Assembly: GCA_002315885.1 (NCBI GenBank)
Contig: DCIO01000110.1
Coordinates: 201 to 64,200, forward strand
Length of the DNA stretch: 64,000 bases
Source: Lentisphaeria bacterium UBA1724
GTDB lineage: Bacteria > Verrucomicrobiota > Lentisphaeria > Oligosphaerales > Oligosphaeraceae
Reading direction: 5' to 3'
Shown: positions 34,104-43,475 of the stretch, piece after piece
Layout of the letters: every line of letters begins with the position of its first letter
Position numbering within the stretch: the stretch's first letter is position 1
The notes under the pieces: generated by a model
What the model was told of the DNA's origin: nothing
Seen by the model: the letters and a program-made list of their open reading frames with translations, nothing else
Databases searched by the model: none
Translations under genes and position numbers: made by a program

Positions 34104-34880
34104 TTATCGGCGCAGAGGTAATGTAGTGCGTTGGGCGATTTCGGCTTTGATGCCATCGCAAGTATAGCCGTCGGTATGGACCATGGATGCGATGAGTGCC
34201 GCGTCGGCGTGTGCGGTTTCGAAGGCGTCGATGATGTGGTCCACAGTTCCTGCACCGCCGGATGCGATGACGGGGACGTGGACTGCCTCGGCCACCTTGC
34301 GGGTAATCTCCACTTCGTAGCCATTGCGGACGCCGTCGGTGTCAATGGCATTGAGGCAGATTTCGCCTGCGCCCAGTTCCACGGCGTGCTTTGCCCATTC
34401 CACCACATCCCACTTGGTGGGAGTGCGGTAGCCTTGGATGAAGACCTGGTAGCCCGAGGGAAATTCCTGTGAGACGCCTACCTTCTTGGCATCCAGTCCC
34501 AGCACCACGCATTGGCTGCCGAAGGCGTTGGCGCTGGCGGTGAGGATACTGGGATCCTGGACGGCTAGGGAGTTTAGGGAGACCTTGTCCGCCCCCGCCA
34601 GCAATGCGTTTCGCATGTCTGCGGCGGAGCGGATGCCACCACCCACGCAGAAGGGGATGAAGACCCGCTTCGCGGCATCGGCCACCATCTCGATGTCAAT
34701 GGGGCGGTGTTCCGCGGAGGCGGTGATGTCGTAGAAGACCAGCTCGTCGGCGCCTTCCCGGCAGTATTTGTCCGCCAGTTCCACCACGTCGCCGATGTCC
34801 TTGTTGTCATGGAACTTGACGCCCTTGGTGACGCGGCGGTTAATGACGTCCAAACAGACGATGATTCGTTTCAGCAGCAT
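34104..34880 (-). CDS. hisF: Imidazole glycerol phosphate synthase, cyclase subunit
   Basis: MLLKRIIVCLDV, DELVFYDITAS, FCVGGGIRS, ASGGAG. The start at 34880 lies 4 nt after the hisH stop. Confidence 0.92.
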   Translation of the reverse strand: MLLKRIIVCLDVINRRVTKGVKFHDNKDIGDVVELADKYCREGADELVFYDITASAEHRPIDIEMVADAAKRVFIPFCVGGGIRSAADMRNALLAGADKVSLNSLAVQDPSILTASANAFGSQCVVLGLDAKKVGVSQEFPSGYQVFIQGYRTPTKWDVVEWAKHAVELGAGEICLNAIDTDGVRNGYEVEITRKVAEAVHVPVIASGGAGTVDHIIDAFETAHADAALIASMVHTDGYTCDGIKAEIAQRTTLPLRR

Positions 34881-34884
34881 CTTC

Positions 34885-35538
34885 CTAGCCCTCCTGTCCA
34901 TCCCATTCCAGGAAATTCTGGAAGAGCTTGAGTCCCCACTGTCCCGAGCGTTCGGGGTGGAATTGGGTGGCGACCAGGTTCTTTCGGGCCGCCACGGAGC
35001 AGAAATGAATCCCGCCGTATTCGGTGATGCCGATGGCTGGTTCTGTGCGCGGCAATTCCGTTGCCGCGTTTGGAACGCAGTAGTACGAGTGAACGAAGTA
35101 GAATGGGGTATCCTGTGGGATGCCCTGGAAGAGCGGGTGTTCCTTCTGGAAGGTCACCGCATTCCAGCCCATCTCGGGAATCTTCAGCTCGGGATGCGCG
35201 GGAAAGTCGAAGCGCTGGACTTTGCCTGGGAAGAATCCCAATGCCTGCTGGCCGCCGTCTTCATCGCTCCAGTCAAAGAGGAGCTGCATGCCGATGCAGA
35301 TGCCCAGCACGGGACGGCCCGCATTGAGGGCATTGGCCAGGAGCCGGTCGTAGCCACGTGCGCGGACGGCGGCCATGGCGCTCTTGGCGGAGCCGTCACC
35401 CGGGAAGATGATTGCGCCTTCGGAGAGTGCCTCGCTGGCGTGGGTTGCCATGACGGGGTCCACGCCGAAGCGCTGGCACGCCAGACGGACGCTGGTCAGA
35501 TTGCCAGCGCCGTAGTCGAGAATTGTGACAGGTGCCAT
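34885..35538 (-). CDS. hisH: Imidazole glycerol phosphate synthase, glutamine amidotransferase subunit
   Basis: ILDYGAGNLTSV, LGICIGMQLL (catalytic Cys), TQFHPERS. Confidence 0.92.
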   Translation of the reverse strand: MAPVTILDYGAGNLTSVRLACQRFGVDPVMATHASEALSEGAIIFPGDGSAKSAMAAVRARGYDRLLANALNAGRPVLGICIGMQLLFDWSDEDGGQQALGFFPGKVQRFDFPAHPELKIPEMGWNAVTFQKEHPLFQGIPQDTPFYFVHSYYCVPNAATELPRTEPAIGITEYGGIHFCSVAARKNLVATQFHPERSGQWGLKLFQNFLEWDGQEG

Positions 35539-35545
35539 CTAGGGC

Positions 35546-37084
35546 TTACTCCCACTCGATGGTGCTTGGTGGCTTGGAGGTGATGTCCAGCACCACGCGA
35601 TTCAGTCCACGCACTTCGTTGACGATGCGGTTGGAGACGCGTCGCAGGAGGTCGTCGGGCAGGTTGACCCAGTCGGCAGTCATGCCATCCTGGGATTCCA
35701 CCACGCGCAACGCCACCACGTAGTCGTAGGTACGCTGGTCGCCCATGACGCCGACGGTGCGGACGGGCAGGAAGACGCAGAATGCCTGCCAGAGCTTGTA
35801 GTAGAGCCCCGCTTTCTTGACTTCTTCCACGAAGATGTCATCCGCTTCGCGCAGCAAATCCAGAGTGCGCTTGGTGACGGCGCCCAGGTGACGGACGCCC
35901 AGGCCAGGTCCCGGGAAGGGCTGGCGCAGGATGACTTCGTCGGGCAACCCCAGCGCACGGCCTACTTCGCGGACTTCGTCCTTGAAGAGTTTATTCAGTG
36001 GTTCCAGCAGTTTGAACTTCAGGTCCTTTGGGAGGCCGCCCACATTGTGGTGGCTCTTGATCATGGCGGCGGGATTGCCGTTGATGGGCATGGACTCGAT
36101 GACATCGGGGTAGGTGGTACCCTGGGCCAGGAAGGTGGCACCGTCCACGCTACGTGCGGCATCCGCGAAGACCTCGATGAATTCCGCGCCGATGATGTGT
36201 CGTTTGGCCTCGGGTTCATCCACGCCCGCCAGCTTCACCAGGAAGCGGTCGGAGGCGTCGATGTAACGCAGATCCATATTGAAATTGCGTCCGAAGAGCT
36301 CCTGGACGCGCTCGGCTTCGTTCTTGCGGAGGAGGCCGTTGTTGACGAAGATGCAGGTCAGCTGTCGGCCGATTGCCTTGTGGATGAGTGCGGCGGCCAC
36401 GCTGGAATCCACGCCACCGGAGAGTCCTAGGATGACCCGCTCATTGCCCACGGTTTCGCGGATGCGCTTGACGGAGTCCTCGATGAAGGACGCCATATTC
36501 CAGGAGCCCTGGCAACTGCAGATCTTCAGGCAGAAATTACGGAGGATTTGGATGCCGTTGGGGGAATGGACTACCTCGGGATGGAATTGTATGCCGTAGA
36601 GTTTCTTGCCTTTCAGCTGGCATGCGGCGAATTCGCAATTCTGGGTGATGGCCAGGGTCTCGATGGAGGTGGGCTCCATGGTGACTTTGTCGCCGTGGGA
36701 CATCCAGACGGTCTGTTCGGGGGCCATGCCGTCGAAGAGTTCGCCCGCCTTCTGGATGTGCAGTTGCGCACGGCCGTATTCGCGCTCGGGAGCGGAGGAG
36801 ACTGCACCGCCGCTGTATTTTACCAGCAGCTGCATGCCGTAGCAGATGCCCAGGACGGGTATGCCCAGTTCCAGGATGGCGGGATCCAGCTGGGGGGAGC
36901 CCGCGTCATAGACGCTGGCGGGACCGCCGGAGAGGATGATGCCCTTGGGCGCCATGGCCGCGATTTCGGCGGCGGTGGTGTTGCAGGGAATGACCTGGCT
37001 ATAGACGTGGCATTCGCGAATCCGCCGTGCAATCAGCTGGCAGTATTGTGAGCCATAGTCAAGGACTACGATGGTCTCTTCCAT
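35546..37084 (-). CDS. guaA: GMP synthase (glutamine-hydrolysing)
   Basis: GATase LGICYGMQLL, ATP-PPase SGGVDSSV, C-terminal ...PPSTIEWE. 512 aa. Confidence 0.95.
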   Translation of the reverse strand: MEETIVVLDYGSQYCQLIARRIRECHVYSQVIPCNTTAAEIAAMAPKGIILSGGPASVYDAGSPQLDPAILELGIPVLGICYGMQLLVKYSGGAVSSAPEREYGRAQLHIQKAGELFDGMAPEQTVWMSHGDKVTMEPTSIETLAITQNCEFAACQLKGKKLYGIQFHPEVVHSPNGIQILRNFCLKICSCQGSWNMASFIEDSVKRIRETVGNERVILGLSGGVDSSVAAALIHKAIGRQLTCIFVNNGLLRKNEAERVQELFGRNFNMDLRYIDASDRFLVKLAGVDEPEAKRHIIGAEFIEVFADAARSVDGATFLAQGTTYPDVIESMPINGNPAAMIKSHHNVGGLPKDLKFKLLEPLNKLFKDEVREVGRALGLPDEVILRQPFPGPGLGVRHLGAVTKRTLDLLREADDIFVEEVKKAGLYYKLWQAFCVFLPVRTVGVMGDQRTYDYVVALRVVESQDGMTADWVNLPDDLLRRVSNRIVNEVRGLNRVVLDITSKPPSTIEWE

Positions 37085-37137
37085 AGGTGTATCTCAGAAG
37101 CAATGAAAAAACAGATTTGCCCGAAAAATCAGTATGG

Positions 37138-38574
37138 CTAGATGGTCACGGCGTTGCCGGCGACGGCCTGCTGGGCATTCTCGGCCAGGAAGGGCTTGAC
37201 TTCCTCGGCCAGGAATTCCGCCACCTGCTGTGGGGCGCGGCCCACATACTTTTCGGGACGGAGGGTTTCGGAAAGGTCCAGATTGACCTTGGCGAAATGG
37301 GGATCCTTGGCCAGGCGCTCCAGCAGGTCGTTGTCACCGCCGTCAATCTTGACGTGTGCGGCTGCGGCCTGTGCGTTGGCGCGGATGACTTCGTGGAGTT
37401 CCTGACGGTCGCCGCCTGCCTTGACGGCGTCCATCATGATGTTTTCGGAAGCCATGAAGGGCAGTTCTGCCGCCAGGCGCTTTGCGATGACCTTGGGATA
37501 GACCACCAGGCCATTGGAGACATTGGCGAAGAGGTCCAGGATGCCGTCCACTGCCAGGAATGCCTCTGCCACGGCGATGCGCTTGTTGGCGGAGTCATCC
37601 AGGGTCCGTTCGAACCACTGTGTGGCCACGGTGATGGCGGGATTCAGGGCATCGCAGATGACATAGCGGGAGATGGAGGCGATGCGCTCACTGCGCATGG
37701 GGTTCCGCTTGTATGCCATGGCGGAGGAGCCAATCTGGGATTTTTCGAAGGGCTCTTCCACTTCCTTTAGGTGCTGAAGCAGACGGATGTCGTTGGAGAA
37801 CTTGGTTGCGGTCTGTGCGATGCCGGAGAGCACATTCAGGATGCGGGCATCAATCTTGCGGGAATAGGTCTGGCCGGAGACCGCGTAGCAGCCCGGGAAG
37901 CCCAGTTTTTCCGCAATCATGGCGTCCAGTTTGCGGCACTTGGCGTGGTCCCCATTGAAGAGTTCCAGGAAGCTGGCCTGGGTGCCGGTGGTGCCCTTGC
38001 TGCCCAGGAGCTTCAGGCCATTCATCACGTAATCCAGGTCCGCGATGTCGGAGAGGACATCCTGGAGCCAGAGGGTGGCGCGCTTGCCCACGGTGGTGGG
38101 CTGTGCGGGCTGGAAGTGTGTGAATGCCAGGGTGGGCATGTCGGCATACTTCTCGGCGAAGGCCGCCAGGTTCTCCACCACGGTGACCAGCTTTCCACGC
38201 AGGAGTTTCAGGCCTTCCCGCATGATGATCAGGTCGGTGTTATCACCAACATAGCAGGAGGTAGCTCCCAGATGGATGATGCCCTTCGCCTTGGGGCACA
38301 GCTCGCCGTAGGCAAAGACGTGGCTCATCACATCGTGACGGACAATCTTCTCGCGGGCCTCGGCCACCTCGAAGTTGATGTCTTCCACATGGGCACGCAA
38401 CTCCTCAAGCTGCTCGTCGGTGATGGAAAGACCCAGGGATTGCTCGGATTCCGCCAGGGCAATCCACAGCTTGCGCCAGGTGGAGAACTTGTGCTGCTCC
38501 GAGAAGATGCGCTGCATCTCCTTGCTTGCGTATCGGACGGAGAAGGGACTCTGGAAGGTATCGTGGTTGGACAT
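37138..38574 (-). CDS. purB: Adenylosuccinate lyase
   Basis: 478 aa. Fumarate-lyase signature GSSAMAYKRNP plus typical N-terminus SPFSVRYASKEM. Confidence 0.92.
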   Translation of the reverse strand: MSNHDTFQSPFSVRYASKEMQRIFSEQHKFSTWRKLWIALAESEQSLGLSITDEQLEELRAHVEDINFEVAEAREKIVRHDVMSHVFAYGELCPKAKGIIHLGATSCYVGDNTDLIIMREGLKLLRGKLVTVVENLAAFAEKYADMPTLAFTHFQPAQPTTVGKRATLWLQDVLSDIADLDYVMNGLKLLGSKGTTGTQASFLELFNGDHAKCRKLDAMIAEKLGFPGCYAVSGQTYSRKIDARILNVLSGIAQTATKFSNDIRLLQHLKEVEEPFEKSQIGSSAMAYKRNPMRSERIASISRYVICDALNPAITVATQWFERTLDDSANKRIAVAEAFLAVDGILDLFANVSNGLVVYPKVIAKRLAAELPFMASENIMMDAVKAGGDRQELHEVIRANAQAAAAHVKIDGGDNDLLERLAKDPHFAKVNLDLSETLRPEKYVGRAPQQVAEFLAEEVKPFLAENAQQAVAGNAVTI

Positions 38575-38581
38575 GGCTTAA

Positions 38582-38612
38582 TTTCGCGCTAAAGCGCTCA
38601 CACAGGACAGAA
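38582..38612 (+). repeat. Interspersed hairpin element (CACAGGAC element), 3'-truncated copy
   Basis: tttcgcgctaaagcgctcacacaggacagaa, 8 nt after the purB start codon region (intergenic). Confidence 0.85.
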
Positions 38613-38692
38613 AATTGGTATGCGGAATGAGTTACGGATGGGGAGATGTCCCCATACTCCTCTTTTACTCAATGCTTCATGATTTCTACTTC

Positions 38693-38724
38693 ATTAAGCA
38701 TTGAGCATTAAGCATTAAGCATTG
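38693..38724. repeat. Tandem heptamer array (ATTAAGC) x ~4.5, directly 3' of the purC stop in gene sense
   Basis: attaagc attgagc attaagc attaagc attg read directly. In purC sense this reads TAA-ttc-(AATGCTT)n, the same orientation as the array after accA. Confidence 0.9.
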
Positions 38725-38726
38725 AA

Positions 38727-39617
38727 TTATGCCTTCAGTTTTGCCAGGGCGCCTTCGTACTTCTCCACGGTCTTGGCGACGATTTCGGGAGGCAGTTCGG
38801 GGGCGGGGGGCTGGTGGTTGAAGTGGATGGAATCCAGGTAGTCGCGGACAAACTGCTTGTCCAGGCTGGGGGGATTCTTTCCGGGGGCGTAGGATTCCTG
38901 TGGCCAGAAGCGGCTGGAGTCGGGAGTGAGGACCTCGTCCGCCAGGACCAGCTCGCCATTTTCGTCCACGCCGAATTCGAATTTGGTATCTGCGATGATG
39001 ATACCGCGGGCGCGTGCGTAGTCTGCGGCCTGGAGATAGAGGGAGATGGATGCCTCCTTCAGGGCGGTAGCCAGGTCGTCACCGATGACCTTCTTCAGTT
39101 CATCGAAGGTGATTGCCATGTCGTGGCCGGACTCTTCCTTGGTGGTGGGAGTGAAGATGGGCTCGTCCAGCTTGTCGGCGTTGACATAGCCCTCACGGAG
39201 CTGGATGCCGCAGACCTTGCCGGTCTTGGTGTAGCTCTCATAACCGGAGCCAGTCAGATAGCCTCGGACGATGCACTCCACGGGGAGCATCTTGAGCTTC
39301 TTGACGATCATGGAACGTCCGTCCAGGTCCTTGGCGTACTTCTGGAGCACGGCGGGATACTTGGTCACGTCGGCGGTGATCAGGTGGTTCTTCAGGCCAG
39401 TCAGGATGGAGAACCAGTTCAGGCTCACCTGGGTCAGGACCTTGCCTTTGCCGGGAATGCCGTTGGGCATGATGCAGTCGAAAGCGCTGATGCGGTCGGT
39501 GGCCACGAAGAGCAGGCTGTCGCCCAAATCAAAGACGTCACGGACTTTGCCAGTCTTGGGGGCGGAAATCTCGGGGATGCAAGTGCCCAGCAGGGCGCCA
39601 TTCTTGTCGTAGTTCAT
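38727..39617 (-). CDS. purC: Phosphoribosylaminoimidazole-succinocarboxamide (SAICAR) synthase
   Basis: 296 aa, long-form PurC: GKVRDVFD, ATDRISAFD, ADTKFEFG, TPDSSRFW. Confidence 0.92.
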   Translation of the reverse strand: MNYDKNGALLGTCIPEISAPKTGKVRDVFDLGDSLLFVATDRISAFDCIMPNGIPGKGKVLTQVSLNWFSILTGLKNHLITADVTKYPAVLQKYAKDLDGRSMIVKKLKMLPVECIVRGYLTGSGYESYTKTGKVCGIQLREGYVNADKLDEPIFTPTTKEESGHDMAITFDELKKVIGDDLATALKEASISLYLQAADYARARGIIIADTKFEFGVDENGELVLADEVLTPDSSRFWPQESYAPGKNPPSLDKQFVRDYLDSIHFNHQPPAPELPPEIVAKTVEKYEGALAKLKA

Positions 39618-40018
39618 GGTAAAAAGGAGTGGTGTTGTGTATGAAACGAAAACAGAAATTCCGGAAAATACTAAATGTATTACTTAATCAAAAGATTATC
39701 GGGCAGTTTCGGGAAAAGAGCATAGAGAATATTGCCAGAATATTGTTAAATTTGATACTATTTGGGTGATTAGGTTGTGGGTGCTTTCGACGATGACGAA
39801 GTTGGGCAGAAAGGAACGCATGTACAGGACTGTGTGCATCTTGACCGCAATTTCGACAATGTCTCTTCTTCTGACAGGAATTCGGTATGAATGGAGAAGG
39901 TCTGGAGGGAAATCCCCCTGTATGCCGTCCCGTAACGGAGATTGGTATTACATTACCTTGTTTTACAAAAACAGTTCCCATCTCTATTCCCAACTGAACT
40001 TCTGTTAACGACTGAACT

Positions 40019-40576
40019 ATGGCACAGGATTTGAATCATGAAATCGCAGAACGCATCTGCGAACTACGCGACCTACAGGAAGTTACCATTGTTGAGATGG
40101 CCGAGAAACTCGGTGTTTCCGAAGAGACCTACCGCAAGATGGAAAGCGGTTCCGAGGACTTGTCCGTCAGCTGCCTGAATGAAATCGCGCAGATTCTGAA
40201 GGTGGATCTCTCCCTGTTGCTGACGGGTAAGGAGTCCCACTCCATCGCCTTTACGGTGACGCGCGCGGGTAAGGGCGTGCAGGTCAACCGCCGTAAGCAG
40301 TATCAGTATTCCGCACTTTTCCCGCATTTCAAGGGCAAGGTCATTGAGCCGCTTCTGGTATCCTGCCCCAGCAAAGGCGAAGACGCATCCGTGGCGCTGA
40401 ACTCCCATCCTGGTCAGGAAATGGACTATGTCCTGGAAGGCAAGCTGAAGATTGTCCTCTGTGGCAATGAAATCGTCCTGGGCCCTGGTGACAGCATCTA
40501 CTTCGATTCCAGCAATCCCCACGGCATGGCCGCTGTCGGCGACTGCCCTGCGAAATTCATCGCCATCGTCATCTAG
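40019..40576 (+). CDS. XRE-family HTH regulator with C-terminal cupin domain
   Basis: N-terminal HTH_3 (LRDLQEVTIVEMAEKLGVSEETYRKMESG). C-terminal cupin_2 (HPGQEMDYVLEG...GDSIYFDSSNPHG). Confidence 0.85.
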   Translation: MAQDLNHEIAERICELRDLQEVTIVEMAEKLGVSEETYRKMESGSEDLSVSCLNEIAQILKVDLSLLLTGKESHSIAFTVTRAGKGVQVNRRKQYQYSALFPHFKGKVIEPLLVSCPSKGEDASVALNSHPGQEMDYVLEGKLKIVLCGNEIVLGPGDSIYFDSSNPHGMAAVGDCPAKFIAIVI

Positions 40577-40652
40577 GCAACGCGGTTATACGCATTCCGT
40601 TGTTAGACTGCAGTTGCTTTTTGGTTGAATCTTCCAACAAACGATACGCCTT

Positions 40653-42383
40653 ATGTCTCTCCTCTCAAAATTCCTTCCGCGAATTGAATTCGACTCCTAT
40701 CAGGATTTCCTTCACAACTACAAGGTGAATGTCCCTGAACATTTCAATTTCGCATACGATGTGCTGGATTGCTATGCCGACGAGGAACCCGAGCGAGTCG
40801 CATTGGTATGGTGTGACGACAATGGTGAAGAGCAGGTGATTACCTTTGCGGAATTGCGCCGTCGTTGCAATCGTCTGGCGAATCTGCTGAAATCCGAAGG
40901 CATCGGCAAGGGTGACAGCGTCATGCTGGTGTTGAAGAGCCGTCACGAGTTCTGGACGGCGATGATGGCCTGTCACAAAGTGGGCGCTGTTGCGATTCCC
41001 GCCACCCACATGCTGAAGGAGCACGATTTAGTCTACCGTTTCGAATGCGCGGAGGTCAAGGCGCTGATTGCGGTGGAGTCCGACAATCTGCTGGACGAGG
41101 TGGATACCGCGCAGGTCAAGACGGGGGATATCCTGAGGACGAAGATTTGTGTCTCTGGTGCCCGTCCTGGCTGGATTGACTACCACGCGGTGGAGGGGAG
41201 TTACTCCGAGGATTGGTCGACTCCTCCCCGTGCGGAGCGCAACGAATCCGGCGACCCCATGCTGATCTACTTCACCAGTGGCACCAGCGGCAATCCCAAG
41301 ATGGTTCTCCATGCCTACGAGCAGGCCCTGGGCTATATCCTCTGCGGAAAATACTGGCAGAATGTCCAGGATGGCGGTCTGCATTACACCATGGCAGATA
41401 CAGGCTGGGCCAAGTGCGCCTGGGGAAAACTCTACGGACAGTGGATTTCCGGCACGCGGATTTTCGTTTACGACTACGACCGCTTTGATGCGGAGAAGAT
41501 GCTGGAGAAGGTGGTGCAGTACAAGGTGACCTCCTTCTGTGCACCACCCACGGTCTATCGTTTCCTCATCAAGCAGGACCTGAGCCGTTTTGACCTATCC
41601 AACATCAAGTATGCCACCACGGCGGGCGAGCCCCTGAATCCCGAGGTCTACTACCAGTTCCTCCACAAGACTGGACTGAAGATCCGCGAGGGCTTCGGGC
41701 AGACCGAAACCGTGGTTATCGCCGCCAACTGGCCCTGGGATGACCCAAAACCGGGTTCCATGGGACGGCCTTCACCCTCACTGAACCTGGAGTTGGTCGG
41801 TCCCGACAACAAGGTGGTGGAAGCCGGTGAAGAGGGCGAGATGTGCCTCCGCACCGGTGACGGCTATCTGGTGGGACTCTTCCGCGGTTACCATCATGCC
41901 GAGGAACAGACCAAGTCCCGCTGGCATGACGGGTACTACCACGCCGGCGATATGGCATGGCGCGACGAGGACGGATTCCTGTGGTTCATGGGACGCGCCG
42001 ACGATGTGATCAAGACGTCGGGATACCGCGTGGGACCCTTCGAAGTGGAAAGCGCTGTCATGGAGCATCCCTCGGTGCTGGAGTGCGCCATCACGGGCGT
42101 GCCTGACCCCACCCGCGGCCAGGTCATCAAGGCCACCATCGTGCTGACCAAGGGGTATGAGCCTACCGAGGAACTCAAGAAGGAAATCCAGACCTTCGTC
42201 AAGCACAATACCGCGCCTTACAAGTATCCCCGCGTCATCGAATTCGTCAGCGAATTGCCCAAGACGGTCTCGGGGAAGATTCGCCGTCAGGAAATCCGCG
42301 AACAGCAACAGCGCATCTGGGCGGAGGCAGCCGCGAAGGAAGCCGAATACCAGGCGCAGCAGAAGTCCGACGCCGCAAAATAA
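40653..42383 (+). CDS. AMP-forming acyl-CoA synthetase (medium-chain/ACSM-like)
   Basis: YFTSGTSGNPKMV, GEPLNPEV, GQTET, YHAGDMAWRDEDGFLWFMGRADDVIKTSGYRVGPFEVE, PKTVSGKIRR. Confidence 0.88.
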   Translation: MSLLSKFLPRIEFDSYQDFLHNYKVNVPEHFNFAYDVLDCYADEEPERVALVWCDDNGEEQVITFAELRRRCNRLANLLKSEGIGKGDSVMLVLKSRHEFWTAMMACHKVGAVAIPATHMLKEHDLVYRFECAEVKALIAVESDNLLDEVDTAQVKTGDILRTKICVSGARPGWIDYHAVEGSYSEDWSTPPRAERNESGDPMLIYFTSGTSGNPKMVLHAYEQALGYILCGKYWQNVQDGGLHYTMADTGWAKCAWGKLYGQWISGTRIFVYDYDRFDAEKMLEKVVQYKVTSFCAPPTVYRFLIKQDLSRFDLSNIKYATTAGEPLNPEVYYQFLHKTGLKIREGFGQTETVVIAANWPWDDPKPGSMGRPSPSLNLELVGPDNKVVEAGEEGEMCLRTGDGYLVGLFRGYHHAEEQTKSRWHDGYYHAGDMAWRDEDGFLWFMGRADDVIKTSGYRVGPFEVESAVMEHPSVLECAITGVPDPTRGQVIKATIVLTKGYEPTEELKKEIQTFVKHNTAPYKYPRVIEFVSELPKTVSGKIRRQEIREQQQRIWAEAAAKEAEYQAQQKSDAAK

Positions 42384-42398
42384 TCCACGCCTCTCGAA

Positions 42399-42428
42399 AG
42401 CCGCCGGAGCTCCTCCGACGGCTTTTTT
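42399..42428 (+). terminator. Rho-independent terminator after acyl-CoA synthetase gene
   Basis: AGCCGCCGGAG-ctc-CTCCGACGGCT (one mismatch) followed by TTTTTT. Confidence 0.65.
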
Positions 42429-42437
42429 GTTCCTATC

Positions 42438-43403
42438 ATGTCCTCTCTCTTGAACATATCGCACTTGACGGTGGAATTCGACTCCGATGACGGCGTCGTC
42501 CATGCGGTCAATGACGTCGGCTTCACATTGTCTCCTGGCGAGTCCCTGGGGATTGTGGGGGAATCCGGCTGTGGGAAGTCCGTGACTTCCATGTCAATTC
42601 CTCGGTTGATTCCCTCTCCGCCGGGCCGGACGGTTTCGGGGAGCATTCAATTTGACGGCCGAGAACTGGTCAGCTTGGCACCCAGTGAATTGCGGAAAAT
42701 CCGCGGGGCGGAAATCGGTGTGATCTTCCAGGAACCCATGACCGCGTTGTCGCCTTTGCATCGCATCGGCGACCAGATGCTGGAGACCATCCGACTTCAT
42801 CGAAAAATGGCTGCTGTCCAGGAGCAGGAGTTGATTCTGTCTTGGTTGAAGCGGGTGGGTATCGCGGATCCCTCCCGTTGCCTGAAATCCTTCCCCTTCG
42901 AACTCTCGGGAGGAATGCGCCAGCGAGTGATGATTGCCATGGCGATGCTCCTGGAACCCAAGCTGGTGATCGCCGATGAGCCTACTACCGCTTTGGATGT
43001 GACAATCCAGGCACAGGTGCTGGATCTGCTGCACGAGGTCACTTCTGACAAGACACGCTCCCGGGCGCTGCTGTTGATTACCCACGATTTGGGCGTCATC
43101 TGGGAGATGTGCACTCGTGTGGTGGTGATGTATGCCTCGCGGGTGGTGGAGGAAGCCCCTACTCAGGAACTCTTCCGCAATCCCACTCATCCCTACACCC
43201 AGGGGTTGCTGGAATCCAGTCCCAGCCTTCAGGATGACCCCGCGAATCTCAAGAGCATCCCAGGGAGCGTCCCAAGCCTCCTGCGTCCCCCCGCAGGTTG
43301 CCCCTTCGCCTCCCGTTGCCCCAAGGCCACCGACCAGTGCCGCAAGACGCTGCCTCCCATGCGGGAACTCTCCCCAGGACACCGCGTCGCCTGCTGGGGG
43401 TGA
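42438..43403 (+). CDS. Oligopeptide/dipeptide-type ABC transporter ATP-binding protein (OppD/DppD-like), no cognate permease or binding protein nearby
   Basis: Walker A GESGCGKS, signature LSGGMRQR, Walker B LVIADEPTTALD, C-terminal NPTHPYTQGLL...PPAGCPFASRC oligopeptide-ATPase extension. Confidence 0.88.
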   Translation: MSSLLNISHLTVEFDSDDGVVHAVNDVGFTLSPGESLGIVGESGCGKSVTSMSIPRLIPSPPGRTVSGSIQFDGRELVSLAPSELRKIRGAEIGVIFQEPMTALSPLHRIGDQMLETIRLHRKMAAVQEQELILSWLKRVGIADPSRCLKSFPFELSGGMRQRVMIAMAMLLEPKLVIADEPTTALDVTIQAQVLDLLHEVTSDKTRSRALLLITHDLGVIWEMCTRVVVMYASRVVEEAPTQELFRNPTHPYTQGLLESSPSLQDDPANLKSIPGSVPSLLRPPAGCPFASRCPKATDQCRKTLPPMRELSPGHRVACWG

Positions 43404-43475
43404 GGCGGGGGATTCCCCCACGAAGTTGTCGTATCGTGCTATATTTTCTTGCAAAGAGAAATTCAAGGAACAAAA

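Noticed and set aside
34037-34408. N-terminal extension of purA to a 550-aa ORF
   Set aside because: Canonical PurA begins at MSTIVVVGTQWGDEGKGK (ATG 34036). The extension overlaps hisF on the same strand and has a Pro/Ser/Thr/Trp-rich nonsense-like sequence. Similar over-extensions were trimmed for 29067..29717 (DUF3842), 29557..31377 (acyl-CoA synthetase, which runs through the nonamer array as PSYPSYPSY), 19352..20173 (IclR), 20346..21440, 34104..34901 (hisF), 43449.. (DUF3990), 44755.. (lexA) and 51122..
39618-39800. Purine/ZTP riboswitch in the purC leader
   Set aside because: Reading the reverse complement, I could not find the conserved purine-riboswitch junction/loop sequences or the ZTP pseudoknot motif. 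This needs an Infernal scan to be definitive.
39688-40008. Small ORFs 39688..39993 (-) and 39766..40008 (+)
   Set aside because: They mutually overlap in an AT-rich promoter region. They have no RBS or start context of note and implausible Cys/Arg/His-rich sequences.
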